From NCBI GenBank assembly GCA_963663545.1, contig OY760505.1:1728001-1792000 (forward strand): 64,000 nt of DNA. Direction: 5' to 3'. Below, in pieces: positions 56,031 through 64,000 of this stretch. Below the pieces are notes generated by a model. The model was not told the DNA's origin. It ran no database searches and saw only the letters and a program-made list of their open reading frames with translations. The translations under genes were made by a program, and so were the position numbers. Source of the stretch: Candidatus Delongbacteria bacterium (GTDB lineage Bacteria; CAIWAD01). Position 1 is the stretch's first letter; each line of letters opens with the position of its first letter.

Positions 56031-56441
56031 ATGATTCGCAATCTGATGCTGCCAACCCTCGTCAACCGCGAGATTGACCGGATGATGAACGGAATGGAAA
56101 GTGCCAGCGTCCCCAGCTACGTGGCCGCCGATCTGGTTGAACACGAATCTGGTTGGGAAATCCAGATGGATCTGCCTGGCTTGGGCCGCGAGGATGTTGA
56201 GATCTTTGTGGAGAACTCTGCGCTGGTGGTCAAGGGAGAACGCAAGGCGCCCACACTGGCGGTAAGCGATCGTTTACTCCAGCGTAACCGCGACTTCGGT
56301 CACTTCGAGAAGCGCTATCGCCTGACCGACCAGGTAAATGCGGATGGCATCAAGGCAAACATGGAGAATGGAGTGTTGATTCTGCACCTGCCCAAAGCCG
56401 AGCGCGCCCTTCCACGAAAAGTGGAGATCAAAATCGATTAG
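56031..56441 (+). CDS. Hsp20/alpha-crystallin small heat shock protein
   Basis: MDLPGL, KGERK, FGHFEKRYRL and ENGVLILHLPK motifs. Confidence 0.93.
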   Translation: MIRNLMLPTLVNREIDRMMNGMESASVPSYVAADLVEHESGWEIQMDLPGLGREDVEIFVENSALVVKGERKAPTLAVSDRLLQRNRDFGHFEKRYRLTDQVNADGIKANMENGVLILHLPKAERALPRKVEIKID

Positions 56442-56476
56442 TCTGTAGCAATACCTCCAGTTCGAGTGTCCAGGGT

Positions 56477-56500
56477 AGCCCCGCTTCGGCGGGGCTGTTC
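56477..56500 (+). terminator. Terminator hairpin
   Basis: AGCCCCGC-TTCG-GCGGGGCT-GTT. Confidence 0.7.
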
Positions 56501-56638
56501 TGTTGTATCACGGCGAACTGCCATAGCGTCCGAACAAAGGCAGAGATCCCTGCCGTATCTGACAGTCCATGGCAGTCGATGAGCTCGCCACAACTTCTAC
56601 CACGACTCATGATCTTATTTTTCAATAAATTACAAAAC

Positions 56639-56653
56639 TGGCCCATGTCTTGC
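56639..56653 (+). promoter_or_regulatory. sigma54 -24/-12 promoter
   Basis: TGGCCCATGTCTTGC (GG-N10-GC). Confidence 0.7.
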
Positions 56654-56720
56654 TTAATAGCAGACATCATCGAATGGTGACAGAATTGAAAGCAAAGAAT
56701 CGAATAGAAAGGAATCCACC

Positions 56721-57113
56721 ATGTACGCCATGACCGTCCGTCCCCGCATCGACCGTCGTCCCCAGCAGTGCCAGGGCACCGAATTGCAGCAGCAGTTGCG
56801 CAGTGAGCTCGTGGAGCACGATCAGGGTTGGAGCATCAGCATGGATTTGCCCGGGCTTAGCCAGGACGAAGTCGAGGTGCTGATTGAGCAGGGTGAACTT
56901 GTAATCCGCGGCGAGCGCAAGCGTCCCGCGCGAGAAGGACAGCGAGTGCTACAGAGCACACGATTGTTCGGCAGCTTCGAAAAGCGCTATCGCCTGACAG
57001 AGCAGATCGACGCAAGCAGCGTGAAGGCTGACATGCAGGCCGGTGTGCTCACGGTTCATCTGGATCGAGCGCCGGAATCGCGCCCCCGTCGAGTGGAGAT
57101 TTCGGTGAACTAA
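56721..57113 (+). CDS. Hsp20/alpha-crystallin protein (tandem paralog)
   Basis: MDLPGL, RGERK, FGSFEKRYRL and GVLTVHL motifs. Confidence 0.92.
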   Translation: MYAMTVRPRIDRRPQQCQGTELQQQLRSELVEHDQGWSISMDLPGLSQDEVEVLIEQGELVIRGERKRPAREGQRVLQSTRLFGSFEKRYRLTEQIDASSVKADMQAGVLTVHLDRAPESRPRRVEISVN

Positions 57114-57144
57114 GAATCGCCTTCCATCACTTCTCAGGTTCCTT

Positions 57145-57180
57145 AAGCCGGGGTGCAGCATCGCCCCGGCTTCTCTTTGT
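57145..57180 (+). terminator. Terminator hairpin
   Basis: AAGCCGGGG...CCCCGGCTT followed by CTCTTTGT. Confidence 0.65.
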
Positions 57181-57222
57181 TAGCTTGAAACCTTCAACAA
57201 GCTCCAGGAATTCTGCGGTAAC

Positions 57223-57783
57223 ATGCTCCTGATTGAATGCATCCTTCTTGGACTGGCACTGGCGATGGACGCCTTTGCCGTGGCGCTGGTCGCCCGTTCT
57301 AGCGGGCGCTCGCGTGGCAAACGTGCAGCTTTTCGTTTGAGTTTTCACTTCGGCCTCTTCCAAGCCATAATGCCTGTACTTGGGTGGTTTGGCGGTAGCC
57401 TGATCGCGGACGCACTGGCGCGCTGGGATCATTGGCTGGCGTTTGGCCTCTTAGCCTTCATCGGTGGACGCATGCTCTTCGCTGGTGATGAGCTGGAAGA
57501 CAGGAAACCCAGCGATCCTTCGCGCGGCTTGATGCTGATCGGGCTTTCCGTCGCGGTAAGCATCGATGCCCTGGCTGTAGGCTTCAGCCTGGCCATGTTG
57601 CGGGTCAGGATTCTTCTCCCCGCCATTGTGATTGGTCTGGTTACAGCAGCGGTATCACTCCTGGCCGTTTTCCTGGGACGCTTCTGTGGGCGTCTCTTCG
57701 GTAAATGGATGGAAAAAGCCGGCGGTCTGCTACTGATTCTACTCGGCCTCAAGATTCTTGTATCACACCTGATAGCGGGTTAA
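57223..57783 (+). CDS. mntP: Manganese efflux pump MntP
   Basis: ALAMDAFAVA, FGLFQAIMP, DHWLAFGLL and SIDALAVG motifs. Confidence 0.93.
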   Translation: MLLIECILLGLALAMDAFAVALVARSSGRSRGKRAAFRLSFHFGLFQAIMPVLGWFGGSLIADALARWDHWLAFGLLAFIGGRMLFAGDELEDRKPSDPSRGLMLIGLSVAVSIDALAVGFSLAMLRVRILLPAIVIGLVTAAVSLLAVFLGRFCGRLFGKWMEKAGGLLLILLGLKILVSHLIAG

Positions 57784-59498
57784 TTGCGAACCGCGCACAC
57801 ACGATAGAACAACGCAGCGTTCTCTTCGGGCATTGGCATTGTGCAACTCAGCACATCAGCGCCCGCGTGTAACACAAGGCTCTGCGGTGATACATGCTGC
57901 CACGGTTCTACCAGCTGATAAAGCGCATATCCGCTCACCAAAGGAACCGGTGTCCACGAAATCCGCAGCGTAGAATCGGCCAGAGCCTGAACCATCAGCT
58001 GTGGTGCTTCTGGTGGATCTGGGTCGAAGCTTCCACTAATTCGATACGCCGCATTCCAGGGCGCCTGCGAGCCATCCCCCTCGACACGAATCAAGTAGTC
58101 GCCCGCATCAAGATGACACTGTATCACAATCGGCGAATCCATGACAATTCTCTCTTCAATCAGTGAGTCCGCCAGCAACGCAAAGGATTGCGTGCCAGCA
58201 AGACGATCCGCCAGCACAAGCACCAATTCTCCTGGATATGAAAGCGTGACACGAAAATAATCCCTGTCCAGCACGGACTGGTTCATCTGTGTGCTCAGGA
58301 AGCCCTGGCAGGAAAAGGGCAGCGATAGCGGATAAGCAAACTGCGGCTCGTCGGGCTCATCCAGACCGCGCAGTACCTCGCTTACACGCCCGGTCTCGCT
58401 CGTGTGAAAAACCCCTGTCATCAGCAGTGTATCACCGCGATCGACCAGAAACTGCCTGTCCCGGCGCACAACGCCATCGCCATCACCAAGCCAGTCGATC
58501 CAGGTAGCTGTCAAGAACGTGTAGGCGACATCGTCGGGCAAGGGCATCTCGGGATTGTCGCGGGAGGCGTCAAGTGGGCTGTTGATTCCAACAATCAAGT
58601 CTTCCTCATCGCCGTCACAGTTAATGTCATGCGTGTGATACGAAAGAGTTGAGTCCAACATATCCAGCGTGGCCAGCCAGGGTTCACTACCGCCGAAGAG
58701 ATAGACGCCATTGTCCTGCACCGGGTCCGGCGCCCACCCGACAGGCAAATAGCCGTAGCGCAAATCGCGAACCGCATCTGTGCTTGTGTTGGGCGGAAAG
58801 ACCTCACGCTGGGCCTCTTCCTCTGCTGTGCGTCCCACGTTGACGAAATTCGAGCCCAGGTGCGGTGTACCAACCGTTAGCACCGCTGCCACGCAATGCC
58901 CCTGCGGCTGTTGGGGCTCAACCCACCAGCGCGGAAGGCCGTCCTCGCGGCGCTGCAGGTATTCGCGAATGGCCAGACCACCCATAGAGTGACCCACTAA
59001 AATGATGGCGGGTGCGGCGGTTTCGTCCAACACTTCCTGTATCACATGAGAAAGCGCATAAGCCTGCTTGCTGACAGCGGCGGCGTTGCTGAAGTCGAAG
59101 TAGTCATTCCAGAAGCCGCCGGCTCCGCGAATGCGTTCTTCGGCAAAATTGACGGCGAAGATATCAGAGGGCACCCAGCCGTCAACAGCGTCCTCAATCT
59201 CCCAGGCAAAGGAACGCCGACCTACATTGATCCATCGCGAGCCCGACTGAAAATCGTCCCAGCGTACGTCGTCCAACAGATTGGCATTGTTGTCATCATT
59301 GTCGGCGTTCAGCACCACATCAAACACATTGATGCCTTCCCCCCAGTCGGGACCGCTTAGGTCGGCGGTCAGGAACTCCATCAGCTCGCCAAAGCTGCGA
59401 TCATCGCTGTCCAGGCCATGTACAAAGAGGATTGGCAAGGGAGCCTGGGCAACGGCGCGCGCAGCCAGCAGCAGCAACAACAACATAGTCCAATGCAT
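57780..59498 (-). CDS. Secreted alpha/beta hydrolase (lipase/esterase-like) with PPC-like and Fn3-like C-terminal domains
   Basis: Signal peptide; FVHGL, GHSMGG, GTPHLGS and GDGVV motifs. Confidence 0.8.
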   Translation of the reverse strand: MHWTMLLLLLLAARAVAQAPLPILFVHGLDSDDRSFGELMEFLTADLSGPDWGEGINVFDVVLNADNDDNNANLLDDVRWDDFQSGSRWINVGRRSFAWEIEDAVDGWVPSDIFAVNFAEERIRGAGGFWNDYFDFSNAAAVSKQAYALSHVIQEVLDETAAPAIILVGHSMGGLAIREYLQRREDGLPRWWVEPQQPQGHCVAAVLTVGTPHLGSNFVNVGRTAEEEAQREVFPPNTSTDAVRDLRYGYLPVGWAPDPVQDNGVYLFGGSEPWLATLDMLDSTLSYHTHDINCDGDEEDLIVGINSPLDASRDNPEMPLPDDVAYTFLTATWIDWLGDGDGVVRRDRQFLVDRGDTLLMTGVFHTSETGRVSEVLRGLDEPDEPQFAYPLSLPFSCQGFLSTQMNQSVLDRDYFRVTLSYPGELVLVLADRLAGTQSFALLADSLIEERIVMDSPIVIQCHLDAGDYLIRVEGDGSQAPWNAAYRISGSFDPDPPEAPQLMVQALADSTLRISWTPVPLVSGYALYQLVEPWQHVSPQSLVLHAGADVLSCTMPMPEENAALFYRVCAVRN

Positions 59499-59533
59499 CC
59501 CTCGTCCTCCTCTATCGCTTCCGTCGAAATAAG

Positions 59534-60466
59534 CTAGCGGGCAAGAATCATCTTCCTGATCTGCTGAACGCCATCGCCCTGCAGGCGAAAGAAGTAAACG
59601 CCCGAAGGCAATTGGCTGGCTTCGAACGCGAGCTCGTGTGCGCCGGACTCCTGGAGTCCTTCGGCAAGCACGGCCACTTCCCGTCCCCGCAGATTGTGCA
59701 CACTCAGCCGTGCTTCCATCGTGTGCGCCAGAGTGTAACGGATGCGCGTGCTGGGATTGAAGGGATTCGGATAAGGCGTCGCCAACTCAAAGGCTGTCTC
59801 AACCGGACTGGCGGCGGCCACTTGCCCGGCCTCTTCCAGTATAAAATTGTCCCAGCGCTTTGTGCCATAGGTGTGCAGACCAATGGTTCCTGCGCCATAG
59901 AGGTAGGTATCCTCGTAGCTCGCCAGAAACTGACCGTCGAAAAACAGGCTGTAAACTCCGTTATCGTATTCGAGCATAGCGGTGTGCCATTCCTCGGGCA
60001 CCCAGTCTAGGGTTGCCGTGCCGCTGGCCAATCCCTGCCAACCTCCATTTCGGCAACCGACGCTCCAGCTAACTTCGGTCTGCGGTCCACCCCAGCTGCT
60101 CCAACCGCTTCCGCCTACGCTGAATTTCAAGCGGTGATCGGCATCCTGCCACATGCAGAAACAACCCAGGGCCTGATAGTAGGTAGTGTGCGATACATCG
60201 CGCTGACGGGTGAAATCCAGCGATGCCCGCCAATGATTCTCCGGCATCTCCACATCGGCCACCAAATCCGCCTGCGAGCAGCTTGGCGTGCCACAACTGA
60301 TTCCATAATTGGCAATCAGCTCTCCATTCGAAATCGACCAGCTTCCCCAATGCTGGTACCAGTGAGATAGATCGCCGGAAAAATCATCCTGAAACACCGG
60401 GGTCCATTGGGCGAGCGCACAAGAGCATAGCGCCAGCAGACCGCACAAGGGTAGCAACTTCTTCAT
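59534..60466 (-). CDS. Secreted protein with a DUF1080/concanavalin-like domain and a T9SS type A C-terminal sorting domain
   Basis: Signal peptide; FQDDFSG...WHT...GTIGL...WDNF; C-terminal YPNPFNPST...LPSGVYFFRL...KMIL. Confidence 0.8.
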   Translation of the reverse strand: MKKLLPLCGLLALCSCALAQWTPVFQDDFSGDLSHWYQHWGSWSISNGELIANYGISCGTPSCSQADLVADVEMPENHWRASLDFTRQRDVSHTTYYQALGCFCMWQDADHRLKFSVGGSGWSSWGGPQTEVSWSVGCRNGGWQGLASGTATLDWVPEEWHTAMLEYDNGVYSLFFDGQFLASYEDTYLYGAGTIGLHTYGTKRWDNFILEEAGQVAAASPVETAFELATPYPNPFNPSTRIRYTLAHTMEARLSVHNLRGREVAVLAEGLQESGAHELAFEASQLPSGVYFFRLQGDGVQQIRKMILAR

Positions 60467-60546
60467 GGGGCTCTCCGTTTTCTCTTCTGTAAACGCGGGG
60501 GCACTCCCGCAGGAGCAATGTGCAGAGCCCGGATTAGCTTCACATG

Positions 60547-60580
60547 AAAAAAGGCGACGTGAAGGAGATTCACGCCGCCA
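60547..60580 (-). terminator. Intrinsic terminator
   Basis: GGCGGCGTGAA-TCTCC-TTCACGTCGCC-TTTTTT on the minus strand. Confidence 0.75.
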
Positions 60581-60601
60581 CTGTATTACGGCTGGACAGA
60601 A

Positions 60602-63232
60602 TCAGATACTCAGCCATTTGCTGACTTTGATCAGGAAAACGTTACGTGGGTGATCGTCGAAAAGCCGGTCCAGGTCTTCGCTCAGATCGAACTCACTTGT
60701 CGCCATGTAATCCTGCCGTCCTTGGGACCAAACGAAGTAACACGTGGACCCGGCAGCAAACTCCCAGCGGAGCACCAAGTTGCTGTTGAACTCCACGTAG
60801 TTGAAGTCTGTTGCGCCGAAGCTATAGTCGACTGCGCCATCCTGGTTTTCGTCAATCTGCCAGACGCCGTCATCTCGCTGAACCTGCTCTTCGTGATACA
60901 CAAGAAGCCGACGCCCCTCGTCTGTTGCTCGTGCATTTAAAACACGTGCTGGGCGGCTGTACGTACCACAGAAGACAAAGGGCTGGGCGTAGTATTGAAG
61001 AGTTAGACAGGGGGTGAAATAGAAGTCGGCGCGCATGGTGAAAGAGAAGCCGCGTTGCTCAAGTCGTGCTACAAAATAGCGGCTCAGCTCGTCTTCAAGG
61101 ATCTCCGTCATGTACTGTTGGTTCCCCGAGTCGTGCCACACCGATGGATTCGCGTCCAGTACGACACGGTCTGAAATACGCCAGGCCACACTGAACCACA
61201 GATCCGTGTGACACAGTTTATTCCCCTCCTCCGCCTTTATCCCACCGCCAATGCCGGCATTCAGGTTGCGGCTCTGATCGGTGTGCATGTTACCGTCCAG
61301 GCTCCAGCGCCCAGGCATTAGCATTGCTGGCCCGCCACGCAAATTCGTTAGTGACACATAGGGCTGAAAGCGCGAAAAATTCAGGCAACTGCTCCAGCGG
61401 TTGATGAAGCTGAAACTGGCGTTGAGGTTGTAGACATCCTGCAGGTGCTCAAAAAAGTAGGTGTAACGGTGCCACAGGTTTGTGTTGATCGACCAACTGT
61501 GAGTGAACCGCGTCGGCTCATTGAAATTCAAACCGGCCCAATTGACGACCTCAAAGAGATTGGCTTGCCGCATGTAACCGACATCATTCAGCTCCAGTCC
61601 CGGGGAGCGCCAGTTGAAGCCCGATTCGAAGCGGAACACGCCCCCCGCCTTTACCAATCGCAAGCTACCACCGTGGCCAACAAGGCTGGTGCGCGGTGAT
61701 ACACTCAAATGGCTGTCGTCGGAGCGCTGATAATTGTGCGTAGTATTGGTTTGGGTTGCGCCAATCGCGTCCTGATCGCCATTGACCCGTGATACACTGA
61801 GATCCGCACGCACGAACCAGTTGCGATTGTCCCAGCGCTGAAGAAAATCCAGACCTCCGCTGAAGGCCTGACGATGCAAACGCGACACCCATTCCTCATT
61901 CAGGCGACGATTGACGGCGGTTCCAAAGAAGGAAAAGCGTCGGTCGGACACTGCCGAATCCTTCTGCAGTCGCAGTGCGCAGTAATTGGTGGCGGGTTCT
62001 ACTTGCACCTCCCGTTCCTGCACACCACTGTCGGTACTTGCGCTGACTCTAGCCTTCTCCTCGGCTGTGACACAATTCAGCAGACCGATCGAGAGGCCAT
62101 TGTTCGTGCGCCCGGTAAGCTTTACCGCTCCCAGAATACTGACTGCGTCCGGCTGCTCAATGCTCTCACCTTCGTTGGCAACTAAATACGAGCTCGGCGC
62201 GTCACCGATTCGCCGCGAGTAGAAGAGGTTGTCCGCCGAGTAGATTCCGCTTGCGTTCGAAGGCGCAACCGTGAACGAGAACAGATTCTGACCTTCGATA
62301 AACAAGGGCCGGTTTTCGCTCAGGCGGCTTTCGAATTCGGTCAGGTTCACTTCCGCGGGATCAGCCTCCACCTGGCCGAAATCCGGGTTGACCGAGACGT
62401 CCATGATGAAGTCGCCGGGCAAGCCGACCTTAGCATCGAGGCCCGCTGCAAACTCGGTGTCACGTCCATCGGTGTACACGTCGTTTACAGGAGCCTCGTC
62501 AAGCTCAAGTTGCCCACGCACAAAGGGCGTCAACTCCACGCCCATCTGCCTGGGCAGCCGTCCCAAGCCACGCAACTCTCCCATGCGGCTGCACCAACCG
62601 GTTACATCACGTGGAATGTGCTGCCAACTGGAACGTTCGTCCAGACGATGTATGCGTCGTGATACTTGAAGTCCCCACACGTGCTGCGGAAGATCGTCGT
62701 AGCGTACCTGACTGAAGGGAATGCAAAATTCGGCGCTCCAGCCCTCGGCATCCTGGCTCGTGCGCCCTATCCAGATCGCGTCCCAGCTCCCGTTCCAATT
62801 GTTATCGAAGCTGATGTACTCATCGCCGCGCACTTCGGAAGCGCTAAGTGTAAAGGAGAAGCCGGTATCGTAGTCGTGTCGACTGTCAAGGTTGACCTCC
62901 ACCCAGTCGCCGGGAAAAGCGTCGTGGCGCGCCAGCATATCGCCAATCTCCTCAGGATGGCTATCGCGGCAGCGGACGGCCACATATATGGCTCGCTCGT
63001 CGTAAAGAATCTTGAACTGCGTTTCTTCGCCAGGTGCCGCCCCATCTACGGGAGTGCGCTGCGTGAAATCCCCCGCCCACTCAACGGCCTTCCACTGCGG
63101 ATCGTCCAGCCGGCCATCAATTTTGGGTGCGTGCTCGCTAAAGCATGTGTGATACACGCGACGTGCAATTTCTTCGCAGAGCGCGCTCTGGCACAGAATC
63201 CCTGCGAGGAAAAGGAGGAAAAGTGATTTCAT
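60602..63232 (-). CDS. CBM9-like + DUF5916 outer membrane protein
   Basis: PKIDGRLDD, WSAEFCIPFSQVRY, VNPDFGQVEAD, LFYSRRIG and NSNLVLRWEF motifs. Confidence 0.85.
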   Translation of the reverse strand: MKSLFLLFLAGILCQSALCEEIARRVYHTCFSEHAPKIDGRLDDPQWKAVEWAGDFTQRTPVDGAAPGEETQFKILYDERAIYVAVRCRDSHPEEIGDMLARHDAFPGDWVEVNLDSRHDYDTGFSFTLSASEVRGDEYISFDNNWNGSWDAIWIGRTSQDAEGWSAEFCIPFSQVRYDDLPQHVWGLQVSRRIHRLDERSSWQHIPRDVTGWCSRMGELRGLGRLPRQMGVELTPFVRGQLELDEAPVNDVYTDGRDTEFAAGLDAKVGLPGDFIMDVSVNPDFGQVEADPAEVNLTEFESRLSENRPLFIEGQNLFSFTVAPSNASGIYSADNLFYSRRIGDAPSSYLVANEGESIEQPDAVSILGAVKLTGRTNNGLSIGLLNCVTAEEKARVSASTDSGVQEREVQVEPATNYCALRLQKDSAVSDRRFSFFGTAVNRRLNEEWVSRLHRQAFSGGLDFLQRWDNRNWFVRADLSVSRVNGDQDAIGATQTNTTHNYQRSDDSHLSVSPRTSLVGHGGSLRLVKAGGVFRFESGFNWRSPGLELNDVGYMRQANLFEVVNWAGLNFNEPTRFTHSWSINTNLWHRYTYFFEHLQDVYNLNASFSFINRWSSCLNFSRFQPYVSLTNLRGGPAMLMPGRWSLDGNMHTDQSRNLNAGIGGGIKAEEGNKLCHTDLWFSVAWRISDRVVLDANPSVWHDSGNQQYMTEILEDELSRYFVARLEQRGFSFTMRADFYFTPCLTLQYYAQPFVFCGTYSRPARVLNARATDEGRRLLVYHEEQVQRDDGVWQIDENQDGAVDYSFGATDFNYVEFNSNLVLRWEFAAGSTCYFVWSQGRQDYMATSEFDLSEDLDRLFDDHPRNVFLIKVSKWLSI

Positions 63233-63383
63233 GAGGATTCCCATCGATGCAAAAAAGAAGCGCCACCGACTGCTATGAGCCAGTGGCGTTTCAGATGGTC
63301 ACATGGGACCCTATTCGGAAGTGACCTGCGCGAGCCGCTTCGCTCACACTCCCTCAACAAGCGATATGCACTTTTCGAGTAGC

Positions 63384-64000
63384 CTAGAAGGGCTTGGCCA
63401 GATGAAGCCGCCAATACCAGCGATTACGATCCTCGTTTTCCTCATCCTCAAATGGGTCGGCGAAACTCCACGTTTCTCCCGCATAACCCGCAGCGAAGGC
63501 AAGAATTCCCAGGCCGTCCGCCCCAATCAAACATTGGGCCTCCAGGCCACAGGTCGCCACTGAAGTGGATTCTCCACCCTTGGTGTTCATCACGCCAGCG
63601 TCCCAGAACCAGGCCAGCGCTGTGTGCTCCAGGCCCAGGCCCAGCACTTCGAACAGTTCCAGATTTCCAAGATCAAAGCGGATCTCACCCGTAGCCAAGC
63701 CGTATTGGTCTCCAAGGATGAGACGATCAAGGCCGCGGAACTCTGTGCGCCCGGATGGGGCAAATGGCGAAAGGGGGCGACCATAAAGCGTTCCAAGACT
63801 TGGATCACCGCTGAAAGCCAGCGCACGCTGGACTTCAATCTCCCGCGCAGCCAGATTCTCGCCCCTTACGCGCGCAAACACTTGTAATCTGCGCACGGGT
63901 GTGGGTTGTAGATGGTAGAGGTCCAGCGCCTGCCAGTCGTAATCGGCTTCGCCGTAAAAGTCTGGTCGGGCAAAGGTGGCCACCGCCGACAATCCCGTTC
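63384..64000 (-). CDS. C-terminal part of an Omp85/BamA-like beta-barrel protein (5' end outside the window)
   Basis: FRG loop, GEIRFDL, FWDAG and a terminal WRLHLAKPF beta-signal. Confidence 0.6.
   Translation of the reverse strand, partial: TGLSAVATFARPDFYGEADYDWQALDLYHLQPTPVRRLQVFARVRGENLAAREIEVQRALAFSGDPSLGTLYGRPLSPFAPSGRTEFRGLDRLILGDQYGLATGEIRFDLGNLELFEVLGLGLEHTALAWFWDAGVMNTKGGESTSVATCGLEAQCLIGADGLGILAFAAGYAGETWSFADPFEDEENEDRNRWYWRLHLAKPF

Noticed and set aside
57114..57222. yybP-ykoY manganese riboswitch upstream of mntP
   Set aside because: No AAAGGGGAGTAGC-like core; only the hsp20 terminator hairpin is present.

Overview
This is a core-chromosome window from a roughly 57% GC diderm bacterium, probably of the FCB superphylum but not Bacteroidia. 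It carries type IX secretion hallmarks (sprA, porX-tsaE, a CTD substrate, a glutaminyl cyclase-like M28 gene) together with a stand-alone flagellin, E. coli-like sigma70 promoters and Shine-Dalgarno sequences. Contents: partial TolC, MFS transporter, crcB-DUF190, a SUF operon extended by B3/4 and rmuC genes, ADP-forming acyl-CoA synthetase, porin, a complete rRNA operon on the minus strand (16S, tRNA-Ile, tRNA-Ala, 23S, 5S), peptidases, GH13, asnS, purC, a DUF134 locus, prmA, purA, secDF, two sigma54-type hsp20 genes, mntP and several secreted or outer-membrane proteins. I found no mobile element or CRISPR array. The most striking unexplained signal is a highly iterated non-palindromic octamer, TGTATCAC/GTGATACA (variant TGTGTCAC). 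My hand count is about 60 exact copies plus about 20 variant copies, versus about 2 expected for each. It lies on both strands inside genes, is absent from the rRNA operon, and is fused into some ribosome-binding sites and a predicted -10 box. All counts are by eye and all family calls are from recognised motifs, not database searches.
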